From contig CAZQXG010000005.1 in the NCBI GenBank assembly GCA_964597065.1, positions 6,700-70,699 on the forward strand: 64,000 nt of DNA, given 5' to 3'. The DNA comes from an uncultured Alcaligenaceae bacterium. Its GTDB lineage: Bacteria; Planctomycetota; Planctomycetia; Gemmatales; Gemmataceae. The translations under genes were made by a program, and so were the position numbers. Of this stretch, positions 18,216-28,798 are shown piece by piece; the first letter of the stretch is position 1; each line of letters starts with the position of its first letter. Under the pieces are notes generated by a model. That model ran no database searches. It had not been told where the DNA came from and saw only the letters and a list, made by a program, of their open reading frames with translations.

Positions 18216-19790
18216 TCATGCCCCCCGCCCGCCATCCATGTCCTCGCACAGCCGTTCCAGCGTCTCGCGGGCGTGGTGGGCGATTTCGGGGTCTTCGGAG
18301 TCGGCCAGGCGGTCGATGTCGGGCCAGAGCAAGAACAGGCCCTCGGTGCCGATGTCTTGCAAGGTTTCGTGGAGGTGGTGCTCGTTGTCGGCGGTCAGGG
18401 CGTGGCGGAACCACTGCAAGGCCTGGCGTTCTCCCAGGCGGGCCAGGGCGGCGCGGGCGGACTGGCGGACGTCAAGGCTCGGATCGCGCCGGCCCTGCTC
18501 CAGACACTCCAGCGCTTCCTTTCGCCGCATGGGCTCCCACCAACCCAGGCTGCCCAGGGCAGCGGCGCGGAAGGTCGGGTCCCAGTCGCGCGCGGCCAGG
18601 AGCAAAAAGGCTTCCGTCTCCAGCGAAGGGTGTCCGCGCAGGGCTTGCAAGACGTCCCCATAGGGAACGTCGCCGGCAAGAGAAGGTTTGCGCGGCGGGA
18701 AAGGCCGGCGTCGTTTGTGTCCGCGCCGGGCCATGGCGACCTGCCGGCCGATCCAGTGACGCAGCCACGGACCGACCTGCGGGTTCTTCGAGCAGCCCAG
18801 AACGCCGATCGCCAGCTCGATCCAGGTGTGGTCGGGCTTGCGGAGCAAGTCCATGACTTCGGTGCCCGCCTCGGCGCGCAAGTCGAGCAGTGCCTGCAAG
18901 ATTTCGAGCCGTTCCTGGTCGCCGGCGCGGGACAGCAGCGGCGGCAGCTGCCGGGCGGCGACCTGCATGTAATCCTTCATGTCCGGCTCGAGCGACTGCA
19001 GCCGAGACATCTGCCACATAAACGCTTCGGGCTCGGCAGCTTCCTCGCCGAGGGCCAGTTTCAGGTGTTCTTCGCGGCGGAGCAGGCGAAGCGTTTCCAG
19101 GGCGACGCGGGCCAGCAGCGGATGGGACTTCGCGGGCCGATGGTCCCACATGGTTTCGATCACTTCGCCGAGGCGAGCTTCCGGAACCAGGTTGGCGGGG
19201 ACCCCATAGCGCAAGCCTTCCACGGCCCGGTGCAGGAGTCGAAGGGCGGCCAGACCCAGGGCACTGTCGGGTTGTCTGAGGTAGCCGGCAAAGCCGAGAA
19301 AGCACACCGTCTCGGCGGCGAAGAAATAGCCCAGAGGGATTTCACCGGCCTCCTCGGCGCAGCGCAGCAAGTGGGGTAAGCTTTCCTCGCGGTGGAGGCT
19401 GCGCAGGCTGCTGGCCAGGTCGATCCAGTACCAGGATTGTTCCAGCTCATCCTCGGAGAGGCGGCGTTGCAGCTGGCGCTCCAGGATTCGGCCGGCATCC
19501 TCGGTGCCGATCTCGGCGAGGGCGCGAACCTGGAAAACGTAGTGCATTCCCGGCCGCAAGCTGGCCTCGACGGCGGCTAGCTCGCCGCGCTCCAAGAGGT
19601 CGCGAAAGCGGGCCTTGGCCGTCTCCACCGCCGCCTCATTCCACGGCCCACCCTGCAAAAGATCGATGTGCTGCCGCGTCACCGCCGACATCTTCGGCCC
19701 GGCTTGCAGGCGGCGCTGCAAGTGCCGGCCCAGCAACACGCCGACCATCAGCACGGTCAACATGACCACAAGAATCAACACCGCCACCAT
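18216..19790 (-). CDS. membrane-anchored HEAT-repeat protein
   Basis: ATG at 19790 gives an N-terminal TM helix (MVAVLILVVMLTVLMVGVLLG). The remainder is alpha-helical and HEAT-like (DVRQSARAALARLG). Start lies 50 nt after the proA stop. Confidence 0.6.
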   Translation of the reverse strand: MVAVLILVVMLTVLMVGVLLGRHLQRRLQAGPKMSAVTRQHIDLLQGGPWNEAAVETAKARFRDLLERGELAAVEASLRPGMHYVFQVRALAEIGTEDAGRILERQLQRRLSEDELEQSWYWIDLASSLRSLHREESLPHLLRCAEEAGEIPLGYFFAAETVCFLGFAGYLRQPDSALGLAALRLLHRAVEGLRYGVPANLVPEARLGEVIETMWDHRPAKSHPLLARVALETLRLLRREEHLKLALGEEAAEPEAFMWQMSRLQSLEPDMKDYMQVAARQLPPLLSRAGDQERLEILQALLDLRAEAGTEVMDLLRKPDHTWIELAIGVLGCSKNPQVGPWLRHWIGRQVAMARRGHKRRRPFPPRKPSLAGDVPYGDVLQALRGHPSLETEAFLLLAARDWDPTFRAAALGSLGWWEPMRRKEALECLEQGRRDPSLDVRQSARAALARLGERQALQWFRHALTADNEHHLHETLQDIGTEGLFLLWPDIDRLADSEDPEIAHHARETLERLCEDMDGGRGA

Positions 19791-19818
19791 GTTGGACTTC
19801 GTGGTTGAAGCCGCCGTG

Positions 19819-19840
19819 GGACAAGCGTCCGCGCTTGTCC
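19819..19840 (-). other. 9-bp hairpin at the proA stop
   Basis: ggacaagcg-tccg-cgcttgtcc overlaps the stop codon. No U-tract follows, so it is not a canonical terminator. Confidence 0.4.
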
Positions 19841-21096
19841 TATGACTCGCGGACCTGCCCGTCCCCCTGCACAATGTATTTATAGCTGCACAGCTCTTGT
19901 AAGCCACAGGGACCACGGGCGTGAAATTTGTCGGTGCTGATGCCGATCTCGGCGCCCAGGCCGAACTCGTAGCCGTCATTGAAGCGGGTGCTGGCGTTGA
20001 CCATGACGGCGGCTGAGTCGACCGCGGCGGTGAACCGCCGCGCCGCCGCCAAATCTCCCGTCACGATGGCTTCGGTATGTCCCGAGCCATATCGGCTGAT
20101 GTGCTCGATGGCCTCTTCGAGGTTATCGACCACCTTCACCGACAGGATCAGGTCGAGGTATTCGGCCGCGTAATCTTCCTCGCTGGCGGCAGTGACGCCG
20201 GACACGAGTTGGCGCGTCTTATCGCAGCCACGCAGCTCGACTCCTTTGTCGCGAAGGACGGTTGCGACGCGCGGCAAGAATTCATCGGCAACATCGGCGT
20301 GGACCAGCAGGCTCTCGGCGGCGTTGCAGACCCCCGGCCGCTGACACTTGGCGTTCACGAGAATCCGTTCGGCCATGTCCAGGTCCGCCGCCCGGTCCAC
20401 ATATACGTGGCAGTTCCCCTGGTAATGCTTGAGGACGGGCATGCGGGCGTCGGCGGCCACCCGGCGGATCAGGCTGTCGCCGCCGCGCGGAATGGCCAGG
20501 TCGATCCACCGCTCTAGCCGCAACAGGTAACCGACTGCTTCACGATCGGCCGTCGCTACCAGCTGGATCGCATCCTCCGGCAGATCGGCCGTTCGCAATT
20601 CTTCTTGCAGAATCGCGTGCAGCACGGCATTCGTACTGAGGGCTTCCTTGCCGCCGCGGAGGATGATGGCGTTGCCGCTCTTGACACACAGCCCGGCCGC
20701 ATCCACGGTAACGTTGGGGCGGGACTCGTAGATGAAGAAGATCACACCGAGTGGGACGCCGACCTTAAAGACTTGCAAGCCATTGGGCCGCACGCTGCTG
20801 TCGAGGACTCGGCCGACGGGATCGGCCAGGGCGGCCACCTCGCCCAGGCCACGGGCACAAGCACGTATGCGGTCCGGAGTCAGCCGAAGGCGATCGAGCT
20901 GGGCCGGACCCTGCAGCTCCTCGGCTTTGGCCAGGTCTTGGGCGTTGGCCTGGAGGATGTCGGCAGCGCGCGCTTCCAGGGCGCGGGCAGCCGCGCGGAG
21001 CCAGCGGTTTTTGCGCTCGCCGCTGACAGTGGCCAGCAAGCGGGACGCGGCTCGGGCGCGGCGGCCGAGGTCTTCACAATATCCTTCGAGATCCAT
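19840..21096 (-). CDS. proA: gamma-glutamyl phosphate reductase
   Basis: [21 protein letters not shown]...[12 protein letters not shown]...[10 protein letters not shown] is the ProA pattern. ATG at 21096. Confidence 0.93.
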   Translation of the reverse strand: MDLEGYCEDLGRRARAASRLLATVSGERKNRWLRAAARALEARAADILQANAQDLAKAEELQGPAQLDRLRLTPDRIRACARGLGEVAALADPVGRVLDSSVRPNGLQVFKVGVPLGVIFFIYESRPNVTVDAAGLCVKSGNAIILRGGKEALSTNAVLHAILQEELRTADLPEDAIQLVATADREAVGYLLRLERWIDLAIPRGGDSLIRRVAADARMPVLKHYQGNCHVYVDRAADLDMAERILVNAKCQRPGVCNAAESLLVHADVADEFLPRVATVLRDKGVELRGCDKTRQLVSGVTAASEEDYAAEYLDLILSVKVVDNLEEAIEHISRYGSGHTEAIVTGDLAAARRFTAAVDSAAVMVNASTRFNDGYEFGLGAEIGISTDKFHARGPCGLQELCSYKYIVQGDGQVRES

Positions 21097-21130
21097 GACG
21101 ACGTTCACCCCACAAGCTGGCAGCTTGTGG

Positions 21131-22162
21131 CTACGGTTGGGGCTGTTCCAGGGCGGGCGCCGGCTCGATGGCCTCCAGCGTGAAACCAACCAGGGGAGGC
21201 GTATCCTGAGCCAGTTGAAAGTCCTTGGGTAATTGTAAGCGAATCGGCTCGAGATTTCTGCCCCGCTTGACGGAGGTGCCAGTCAGGTCGATGAACGCCG
21301 TCACCGGGGGCGGCTCGTCGCCGGCCGGCCCGTGGACGCGGAGGTTGACTTTGCCTGGCTGGCCGGCCGCGAACCCCGGCTTCCAGGGGAAATTGGCCGG
21401 ACAAAGAAACTGCACCGGCACGCCGCTCAACTCGTACGTCTTTTGCCGGGCCCGCACCCGAAAGCTGAGGGCCACGCTCTTCGGCGTGGTCTGCAAGGGC
21501 CGGCCCTCCAGCTCCGTCAGCAGGGAAACCTGTCCGCGGATGAGGGCGTTGCCCGCGCTGGGATCCGGCGCCGAAGCCAGCGCATAGGGCTGAGTGCTGA
21601 TGGACCAGAGCCGATCGAGAATGTCCTTGGGGCCTCGGACCACCACGGTCGGGGGCTCCAGCTTGACCTCTCTGAGCCGGCTTTCGCCGGCATAATCCAG
21701 CCGCACCGGCAGGAGCCGTTCCACCAGCCGGCGGACCGTATAAGGGATGACGGTGCCTTCGTCGGCCACGACGGCTAGCACGCCGGGCGGGACGGGGACG
21801 TCGGTCGCGGCAATGCGCACCGAGTCGCGATAACTGCTTTCGTTCTGCAGCTCGTCCGGAACGGTCAGCTTGACCGACACCTGGACCAGGCCGCGCTGCA
21901 GCTTGCGGCGCAGCTCGCGAATCCGGGAAGGCGGGCCGGTAAAAGACACGGCGACTCGCCCGCTACCGCCCGTTTCCAGATCATAGTTGCCGGCGAAGGC
22001 GTCAGCGAGTTGAATCTGCACCGGGATCGGCACCTGGTCGAGGATTTCCTGGTCCCGGCCGCGCGTGTACAGCCAGGCCAAAAAGGCCAGGCACAACGCG
22101 ATCACGACCTCGAGGGTGAGGCGGCGACAACGATACGGAAATAGAGCACCCGGGAATCTCAT
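21131..22162 (-). CDS. cdaR: YbbR-domain protein (CdaR-like regulator of diadenylate cyclase)
   Basis: 343 aa with an N-terminal TM helix and repeated YbbR-like beta modules. Sits immediately downstream of cdaA. Confidence 0.65.
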   Translation of the reverse strand: MRFPGALFPYRCRRLTLEVVIALCLAFLAWLYTRGRDQEILDQVPIPVQIQLADAFAGNYDLETGGSGRVAVSFTGPPSRIRELRRKLQRGLVQVSVKLTVPDELQNESSYRDSVRIAATDVPVPPGVLAVVADEGTVIPYTVRRLVERLLPVRLDYAGESRLREVKLEPPTVVVRGPKDILDRLWSISTQPYALASAPDPSAGNALIRGQVSLLTELEGRPLQTTPKSVALSFRVRARQKTYELSGVPVQFLCPANFPWKPGFAAGQPGKVNLRVHGPAGDEPPPVTAFIDLTGTSVKRGRNLEPIRLQLPKDFQLAQDTPPLVGFTLEAIEPAPALEQPQP

Positions 22163-22200
22163 GGCCACCCTCCTCCGGTCGCTGACGCTCCCGGCTCGCC

Positions 22201-23034
22201 TTAGCCTGCTTTGCGAAGGTAGTTCGCGCCGGGGGCGCTGAGCAAGCTCGCCAGCCTGCGGCCCAGGTTTTCCCCCGGGACGACTTCGAGGCGGCCTGCC
22301 ACGACCAGCGAAATCCGGCCGGTTTCCTCGCTGACGACGACCACGATGGCATCGGTTTCCGCGCTGAGCCCCAAGGCGGCTCGGTGCCTCATGCCCAGGT
22401 GGCCGCCCCCCGGCAGGCTGACCTGGCCCTCGAAACTTCCCAGCGGCAGCTGGCAGGCCGCCGCCGCCACCCGCCCATGGACCACCACGATCGCTCCGTC
22501 GTGCAAGGGCGAACGCGGAAAGAACAGGCTCCGCACCAGGATGGCCGACACCCGCCCGTCGATCCGCTCTCCCGTGTCGATGTACGGTGCCAGGCTCATC
22601 TCGCCCTGGATGGCGACCAGCGCGCCGATGCGGTCGCGCGACAGCTGGACCGCGGCCTCGGCCAGTTTTTCCGCCACCGACTGGCTGGTCGGGCTGAAAT
22701 AGCGCCACACCTTCGACCGGCCCAGCATCATCAAGCCGCGCCGCAATTCCGGCTGGAACACCACCAACATCATCACCAACACCGTCGTCAGCAAGTAATC
22801 CAGCACGGTGGACAGCTCGGTCATGTCCAGGCCGGCAATGATGACCTGGACCATGAGGAATAGCCCGAGCACCACCAGCCCCAGGCCCCGGCCCAGGTAG
22901 CCGGCTCCGAAGGTCTTGCCCAGCACGCGCAGGACCGCGAATATCACAAGCGCCAGAATGGCGATTTGGATCAAGTCGCTGGGCCCCAGCGATTCATAGA
23001 CTTGGACCAGTCGTCCCCCCACTGGATCCTCCAT
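22201..23034 (-). CDS. cdaA: diadenylate cyclase CdaA
   Basis: 277 aa with three N-terminal TM helices and a DisA_N domain (GALVAIQG...LHDGAIVV...GMRHRAALGLSAETDAIVVVVSEETGRIS). Confidence 0.9.
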   Translation of the reverse strand: MEDPVGGRLVQVYESLGPSDLIQIAILALVIFAVLRVLGKTFGAGYLGRGLGLVVLGLFLMVQVIIAGLDMTELSTVLDYLLTTVLVMMLVVFQPELRRGLMMLGRSKVWRYFSPTSQSVAEKLAEAAVQLSRDRIGALVAIQGEMSLAPYIDTGERIDGRVSAILVRSLFFPRSPLHDGAIVVVHGRVAAAACQLPLGSFEGQVSLPGGGHLGMRHRAALGLSAETDAIVVVVSEETGRISLVVAGRLEVVPGENLGRRLASLLSAPGANYLRKAG

Positions 23035-23042
23035 CAAAGAAT

Positions 23043-23903
23043 CTATTTCTTGTCCTGAATGGCCGCCAACAGCTCCACGGCGTCGCGGGTTTCGCGGACA
23101 TCGTGGACGCGGACAATTTGCACCGCATTCTGCCCCTGGGCATACAAGATGGCGGCCAGCGAGCCTGCCAGACGTTCCTCGACGGGCCGTTCCAGGATCT
23201 TGCCGATAAACCCCTTCCGGGAAACTCCCAGGCAGACGGGCCGGCCCAGGCGCTGGAAGTCCGCCAGCCGGGCCAGGATTTCCAGGTTGTGCTGCCCCGT
23301 CTTGCCGAAGCCGATGCCCGGGTCCAGGACGATCCGCTCTGGAGCGATGCCGGCTGCCGCAGCCGACGCCAAACGATCCTCGAAGAAGCTCTGGATGTCC
23401 CCGATCACGTCCTGGTAATGCGGGGCCTTTTGCATGGTTTGCGGCGTGCTCTGCATGTGCATGAGCACCACGCCGGCTTCGGCCGATCGGACGACTTGCC
23501 GCATCTCGGCGTCGCCCAAGGCGGTGACATCGTTGACGATGGCCGCGCCGGCTTGAAGACAACGCCAGGCCACTCGGGCCTTCGAGGTATCCACCGAGAG
23601 CGGCGTGGCAACCTGGCCCGCCAGGCCTTCGACCACCGGCAGGACGCGCCGTAACTCCTCTTCCCATGGGACCGGCTCCGCTCCGGGTCGTGTCGACTCG
23701 CCGCCGATATCCAGCAGGTCCGCGCCGTACTCGACCAGTTGCCGGGCATGGGCGATGGCCGCATCCATGTCGGGCTTACGCCTCGACGCTCGCCAGAAGC
23801 GCCCGCCATCCGAAAAGCTGTCCGGCGTCACATTGACGATGCCCATCACCAGCGGCCGCCGGCCGATCATCACGACCTTGTCTCTCAGGTGCCACTCGTG
23901 CAT
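23043..23903 (-). CDS. folP: dihydropteroate synthase
   Basis: LVMGIVNVTPDSFSDGG...DIGGESTRPG...SVDT...GFGK motifs. Confidence 0.93.
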   Translation of the reverse strand: MHEWHLRDKVVMIGRRPLVMGIVNVTPDSFSDGGRFWRASRRKPDMDAAIAHARQLVEYGADLLDIGGESTRPGAEPVPWEEELRRVLPVVEGLAGQVATPLSVDTSKARVAWRCLQAGAAIVNDVTALGDAEMRQVVRSAEAGVVLMHMQSTPQTMQKAPHYQDVIGDIQSFFEDRLASAAAAGIAPERIVLDPGIGFGKTGQHNLEILARLADFQRLGRPVCLGVSRKGFIGKILERPVEERLAGSLAAILYAQGQNAVQIVRVHDVRETRDAVELLAAIQDKK

Positions 23904-23920
23904 TGTCTTCCTAGCTTGTC

Positions 23921-24511
23921 TTAAAACGGTTTCTCCATCATGGAAACAACCTGGATCGCCAGTCGATCGCAGGCGTCTTTCAGGGCGCTGGTCCTGGAGC
24001 CGCCGAGCTCGACCTGGAAATTGGCCAGCGCAGTGACCAGCGTGGGCGGCAGCGGCGGCGCGTGGGGGTCGGGCGGCCCCGGCGGGCCTCCCGTGCCTCC
24101 TTGCCGGTTGGCCGACAAGATCTGGCCCTTGTGCCCCGGCCGCAGATCCCGCCAGATGAGCTCCATGGCCACGATCATCTGGCCTTCGCGGATTTCATTG
24201 AGCTGGTTGGCGTTGATCACCGTCTTGGTCACTTGGGTGATTTTCCCCAGCAGTTCGGAGTCGGCCCCGGCCGACGAACAGACCACCTTGTAAGGAGTCT
24301 TGGCTTCGATTTCCCGAATCACCGCCCGCGTCAGATCGAACTCCAGCTCCCGATAGAATGTCTGGTTGCCGAAGATGGACACGTACACCGTCTGAATGCT
24401 GTCGTCGTAATTGGGCCGAGTCGTGTAGCCCAGCAGGCTGAACTGGCCGTCCCAGGCACAGCCCGAGAGCATGGTCAGCAGCAGGCAGCACGCCAATTGT
24501 TTTCGCGTCAT
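23921..24511 (-). CDS. LptE-like lipoprotein
   Basis: ATG at 24511 gives a lipobox signal (LLLTMLSGC). The body (VYVSIFGNQTFYRELEFDLTRAVIREI...ADSELLGKI) resembles LptE. Confidence 0.5.
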   Translation of the reverse strand: MTRKQLACCLLLTMLSGCAWDGQFSLLGYTTRPNYDDSIQTVYVSIFGNQTFYRELEFDLTRAVIREIEAKTPYKVVCSSAGADSELLGKITQVTKTVINANQLNEIREGQMIVAMELIWRDLRPGHKGQILSANRQGGTGGPPGPPDPHAPPLPPTLVTALANFQVELGGSRTSALKDACDRLAIQVVSMMEKPF

Positions 24512-24606
24512 GGGAATAAATCCTCGCATGTCGGGCCTTGCACGTCTCCTCACACGTCGGGTTCACACGTCGGGCTTACGCCTCGACGCTCGCCATCGAA
24601 CGGGCG

Positions 24607-25953
24607 TCACGGGCCGGTGCCTCCGTTTCGATTTCCCGGGACCAATCCCGGCGGCAAGATGCGTGGCTCGGGCCCCAGGATGGCGCCGTCGGCCGGGGCC
24701 GGGCTCGGATTGGCTGGGCCGGGGTTGCGTCCCTGCCCTTGCCCCGCTTCCTTCTCCAGCCGGCCGTGCAGCTCCTCCATCCGTTTGATGGCCTTCTCCG
24801 AATAACTGGTGCCTGGGTAGCGCCGGCGTACCAATTCATAATAGAAGTACGCCGACCCGGGATGTCCCGTGCGGCGATAAAACTCCGCAATCAGGTAGTC
24901 CTTGTCCGCCTGCTGATAGCTGATGCTGAGCAGCTGTTTATCCAGGAACTTGCTGTCGTCGTTGACCAACTCCGAATAGGACCCGGCCCGGTGAATGAGC
25001 TTGCGCGCCTCGGCCAGGACGCGGGTGTCGTAGGCCGACCCGCCCGTCAGCAGCTGCTTACAAATGATCGAATACTTTATGGCCTTCGGCGCCAACTTGC
25101 CGTTGGGAAAATTCTCGAAGACTTGGCTGTAGTAATAGTCGGCATCCTTGTATTCCGCGCGGAAGAACTTGATCGTGGCAATGTAGAACAGCGCCTTTTC
25201 TCCCAGCGGCCCGCTGATGTCGTTCAAGCGCACCTCCTCGAGTGCTTCCACGGCCCGGCCTTCGGGGTCAAAGAGCGGCTTGGACTTTTCGAAGTGGACG
25301 AAGTTGGCAGCGTCCTGTAAGACCGCCGGCACGACCAGCCAGTTCTTGCCGTTCTTCTCCTCCTCGTAGGCGCGCATAATCTTTTGCGTGTCGTCCAGCC
25401 AATACTGGGCGATGTCGAACAGCCGGCGGTTGGCCTGATCGTGGAAGCGGCCGTGCAGGCGGAATTCCTTGAGCAGATTCTTGAAGGTAGCCTCCGCCCT
25501 GGGATAGCGGCCCTGCATGTAGAGCGAATCGGCCTCGAAGAACAGGGCTTCCTCGGCCAGTTGCGGCGTGTTCTTCGAGTTATGGGCCAGGCGGTGGAAG
25601 ATGCGCTCGGCCTCGGCGTACTTGCCCTGGGCGTAGAGCGTCTTGGCGCCTTCCAGCTCGGCGTGGCTGGTTCCGGAGGCGGGCATCTGGTCCTTCTCCA
25701 GCCCGCCGCCGCGCATCACCATGTTATCCACGGGCGGCGGCGGCGCTTCCGGCGGCTTGGAAAACACGTCGCGAATGTCGAACTTGGAGAGAAACGACGA
25801 GCCCGACTGGCAGCCGGATCCCAGAACGATCATCGCCGCGCAGAAACAGAGCCAGCCCAGCCGGCGAAGCAGTCGGCGCCGCCGGGCGCGACAGGCCCCA
25901 AATAGCAAGAAGAATCTGGTCACCGCCCAGTTCCCCTCCACGCGGAGTCTCAT
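24607..25953 (-). CDS. TPR lipoprotein, BamD/YfiO-like
   Basis: Lipobox IVLGSGC. TPR-like helices (AKTLYAQGKYAEAERIF, ADSLYMQGRYPRAEATF, GSAYFYYELVRRRYPGTSYSEKA). Confidence 0.55.
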   Translation of the reverse strand: MRLRVEGNWAVTRFFLLFGACRARRRRLLRRLGWLCFCAAMIVLGSGCQSGSSFLSKFDIRDVFSKPPEAPPPPVDNMVMRGGGLEKDQMPASGTSHAELEGAKTLYAQGKYAEAERIFHRLAHNSKNTPQLAEEALFFEADSLYMQGRYPRAEATFKNLLKEFRLHGRFHDQANRRLFDIAQYWLDDTQKIMRAYEEEKNGKNWLVVPAVLQDAANFVHFEKSKPLFDPEGRAVEALEEVRLNDISGPLGEKALFYIATIKFFRAEYKDADYYYSQVFENFPNGKLAPKAIKYSIICKQLLTGGSAYDTRVLAEARKLIHRAGSYSELVNDDSKFLDKQLLSISYQQADKDYLIAEFYRRTGHPGSAYFYYELVRRRYPGTSYSEKAIKRMEELHGRLEKEAGQGQGRNPGPANPSPAPADGAILGPEPRILPPGLVPGNRNGGTGP

Positions 25954-26009
25954 GCTCCCACAATTCGCAAGATTTGCGGGGCGGAACTATACTGCACTAC
26001 GTCCCCAGG

Positions 26010-26468
26010 TCAAGGCCGATTTGTCCCGCGTCGCGACTTGCTTGCCTGATTAGCCAGAGCTTTCAAGTAATGTCTCTCACGGCCGCGGATCGCTTTCCTT
26101 TGTTTTTCGGTCTTGTCGTCGTAGCTGCACAGGTGCAGCAGGCCGTGGATCACGTAGAGCGCCAACTCGTCCTGAACGTGGTGTCCTCGCCTTCTTGCCT
26201 CCGCGACGGCCACTTCCATGCCCACCACGATTTCTCCGCTTATTTTCGCACCGGCTTCGCCAAGCGGAAAGCTCAAGACGTCGGTTGGCTCGTCGTGCTT
26301 CAGGTAGCGCTTGTTGAGCTGATGGATGGTCGCGTTGTCCACGAAGGCCAGGCTAATCTCCGCGTCCCGAATGCCCTCTCCCTGGAGCACTTGCCGAACG
26401 ATGTCCCGGAGGCGGCGGCGGTTGAGTGACACAACCTCCTGAGGACTGGCTATGGCGATGCGGAACAT
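26010..26468 (-). CDS. ybeY: rRNA maturation RNase YbeY
   Basis: ATG at 26468. TDVLSF...HGLLHLCSYDD is the metal-binding motif. Confidence 0.9.
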   Translation of the reverse strand: MFRIAIASPQEVVSLNRRRLRDIVRQVLQGEGIRDAEISLAFVDNATIHQLNKRYLKHDEPTDVLSFPLGEAGAKISGEIVVGMEVAVAEARRRGHHVQDELALYVIHGLLHLCSYDDKTEKQRKAIRGRERHYLKALANQASKSRRGTNRP

Positions 26469-26470
26469 TG

Positions 26471-26565
26471 CAAATTTCAGATTGCAGATTTTAGATTGCC
26501 AAATCAGGCCGCTGCGATTGCCGATGTCTTTCAATCTGCAATCTGCAATCTGAAATCTGCAATCT
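26471..26565. repeat. inverted arrays of CAGATTG-type heptamers
   Basis: The left arm (cagattg cagattt tagattg) and right arm (caatctg x3, aaatctg, caatct) can pair over about 21 bp. Lies in the divergent ybeY/26687 intergenic region. Confidence 0.85.
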
Positions 26566-26686
26566 ATTTCTTGTATATCCTTGTTCATCCGCTTGACAAG
26601 GTTGCGACGGCGCTGTTAGCCTCAAGGTTGAAGGTCTTGATGACACTATGTTGCAAGGACACAAATCTCGAAGCGGAGTCATATTC

Positions 26687-27967
26687 ATGGCGGGCAAATT
26701 CACCTCGGTCGCGTTTCTGCTGGTCGCCGCCGGCCTCATGACGGCGTCCCTGATCGCCCAGGCTCCCCACGTGCAACGGGAGAGCGAAGAACTGGGTAAC
26801 AAGACCCTCATCGGTCAATTCACGACCGAGAAGAAAGTGGACTTCAAGAAAGTCATGGCGGGCGAGCGCCCCTTTGCGGCCGACGACAAGAAGCTGCTCG
26901 ACCAGGCCGCCCAATATTATGTCTTCCGCGTCACCTGGTTCTCGAAATACCAGAGCGACCTCAACGAAATGAACACGCTGCGCGCACAATTCAAGAACGA
27001 GATGGAGGAGGCGGCCAAGTACAGGGAGGGTCCCCGCGACCAGCTGGCGCGAAACCTGGTGTCCTGCTTCAAGGACGTGTTCAAGTTAAAGTTCGAGAAC
27101 AACCGGCTGGGCTGCGTCAATGCGGCGATCATGCTGGCCGACCTAGCCCAGATCAAGAGCGAAACGGTGGGGGATTTCCTGGCCGACCTTGTCAAGGACG
27201 AGAAAAAGCATGATGCGATCCGCTTCTACGCGGCCCGCGCCCTGGGGGAGGTCTTTCACCACATCCCCCCCATGCAACAGACTGTCATCAAGACCGACCT
27301 GATGCGAAAAGAAAAGGACACCCAGCGGATCAACGCGCTGGTCAGCTTCGTGGAGCGCAAGTGGGACCCGAAACAAGTAGACGCGACGGTGCATTACCTC
27401 CGCAAGGAGGCCGTCAAGGCGCTGGCCCAGGCCCAGATCCCCGCCGTCGAGGTGGATGGCAATAAACAACAGGTGACCGGCCCCGTGGTTTATGGCTTGT
27501 TGCGCGTGCTCCGCAATCAGCCTGCCCTGCAGCCGGCGCCTTCGCGGGCCGAGAGGCTCGAGGCCGCCATCGGCATTTGCCAGCTCAAGATTGATCCTGC
27601 CATCAATTATCTCCCCGAGCCGGGGATTCACCAGGTCGGGATTTTTCTCATCGATTTCGTCAAGGCCTATGATGGCGACCGCAGCAAGGCCCAAAACAAG
27701 GCGGGTCGGTTCCCCGAGATGCCCTGGAAGTTCCAGGCCGAGCGCCTCAAGCAGGCTCTCAAAGACCTGATCGTCAACACGGCCGTGAACGACGATGCCA
27801 ATGCCCGGTCCAAGTCCCTGGAAAAAGCCGCGCGGGGCCTTTTGGATACCATTAGCAACCAGAAGGCCATCGAGGGCTTGGTGGATCTGGTCTCCGCGGT
27901 CAATCGCCTGCAACCCAAAGGCCCCGGTGTTTTCGGAACCATCAAGGAAGCCCCTACAGGCGATTAA
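26687..27967 (+). CDS. secreted helical-repeat protein, function unknown
   Basis: ATG at 26687, 8 nt after GGAG. Has a signal peptide (FTSVAFLLVAAGLMTASLIAQA). Codon usage is consistent along about 426 aa. Confidence 0.65.
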   Translation: MAGKFTSVAFLLVAAGLMTASLIAQAPHVQRESEELGNKTLIGQFTTEKKVDFKKVMAGERPFAADDKKLLDQAAQYYVFRVTWFSKYQSDLNEMNTLRAQFKNEMEEAAKYREGPRDQLARNLVSCFKDVFKLKFENNRLGCVNAAIMLADLAQIKSETVGDFLADLVKDEKKHDAIRFYAARALGEVFHHIPPMQQTVIKTDLMRKEKDTQRINALVSFVERKWDPKQVDATVHYLRKEAVKALAQAQIPAVEVDGNKQQVTGPVVYGLLRVLRNQPALQPAPSRAERLEAAIGICQLKIDPAINYLPEPGIHQVGIFLIDFVKAYDGDRSKAQNKAGRFPEMPWKFQAERLKQALKDLIVNTAVNDDANARSKSLEKAARGLLDTISNQKAIEGLVDLVSAVNRLQPKGPGVFGTIKEAPTGD

Positions 27968-28097
27968 CTCTCGAACTCACTTCTTCCGGATTGAATCGGC
28001 TTCGTCCATCCCTTACATTAAGTAGGGGGAGAGTCGGTAATTCTCGTATTGCCATGAAGAGCGAACGGATTGGAAATCCGTTCTACAAGGGGGAATC

Positions 28098-28793
28098 GTG
28101 CCGCGGCACCAAGCCAAGCGGGTTGTCATCACAGGGGTCACGCGGGGGCTGGGCCAGGCGATGACGGCCAAGTTCATCGAGCTGGGTCACATCATCATGG
28201 GCTGCGGTCGATCGCGCGAGGCCATCGAGATGCTGCGGCGGACCTATCGGCCGCCTCACGATTTCGCCGCCGTCGATGTTTCCCAGGAGAGCCAGGTGGA
28301 GCCCTGGGCGGCCCGGCTCCTGTCCAGCCAGGGCGCCCCGGATTTGCTCATTAATAACGCCGCGGTCATCACCAAGAATGCTCCCTTGTGGCAAGTGCCC
28401 GCCGAGGAATTCGATCGCTTGATCGACATCAATGTCAAGGGAGTGGCCAACGTGATCCGGCATTTTCTGCCGGCCATGACGGCCCGGCGCTCGGGCATCA
28501 TCATCAATTTCAGCTCCGCCTGGGGCCGATCCGTGGACTCCGAGGTGGCCCCCTACTGCGCCAGCAAGTGGGCCATCGAGGGCTTGACCCAGGCCCTGGC
28601 CGAAGAACTGCCCCGCGGCATGGCCGCCATTCCCCTCAATCCCGGCGTCATCGACACGGACATGCTCCGCAGCTGTTTCGGCGGCAGCGCCAGCCGCTAT
28701 CCCGCCCCCAAGAAATGGGCCGAAAAAGCCGTCCCCTTCATTTTGCAAATCAATTCCAGAGATAGCGGCAAACCGTTGACCGTGCCCGGTTGA
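28098..28793 (+). CDS. short-chain dehydrogenase/reductase
   Basis: VVITGVTRGLG...NNAA...SSAWG...YCASK are the SDR motifs. Confidence 0.9.
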   Translation: MPRHQAKRVVITGVTRGLGQAMTAKFIELGHIIMGCGRSREAIEMLRRTYRPPHDFAAVDVSQESQVEPWAARLLSSQGAPDLLINNAAVITKNAPLWQVPAEEFDRLIDINVKGVANVIRHFLPAMTARRSGIIINFSSAWGRSVDSEVAPYCASKWAIEGLTQALAEELPRGMAAIPLNPGVIDTDMLRSCFGGSASRYPAPKKWAEKAVPFILQINSRDSGKPLTVPG

Positions 28794-28798
28794 CGCTT

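Noticed and set aside
26471-26565. Considered whether the heptamer arrays here, at 29.94 kb and at 49.48 kb represent a CRISPR array
   Set aside because: The repeat unit is 7 nt with no spacers, and there are no cas genes. These are microsatellite-like tandem repeats.
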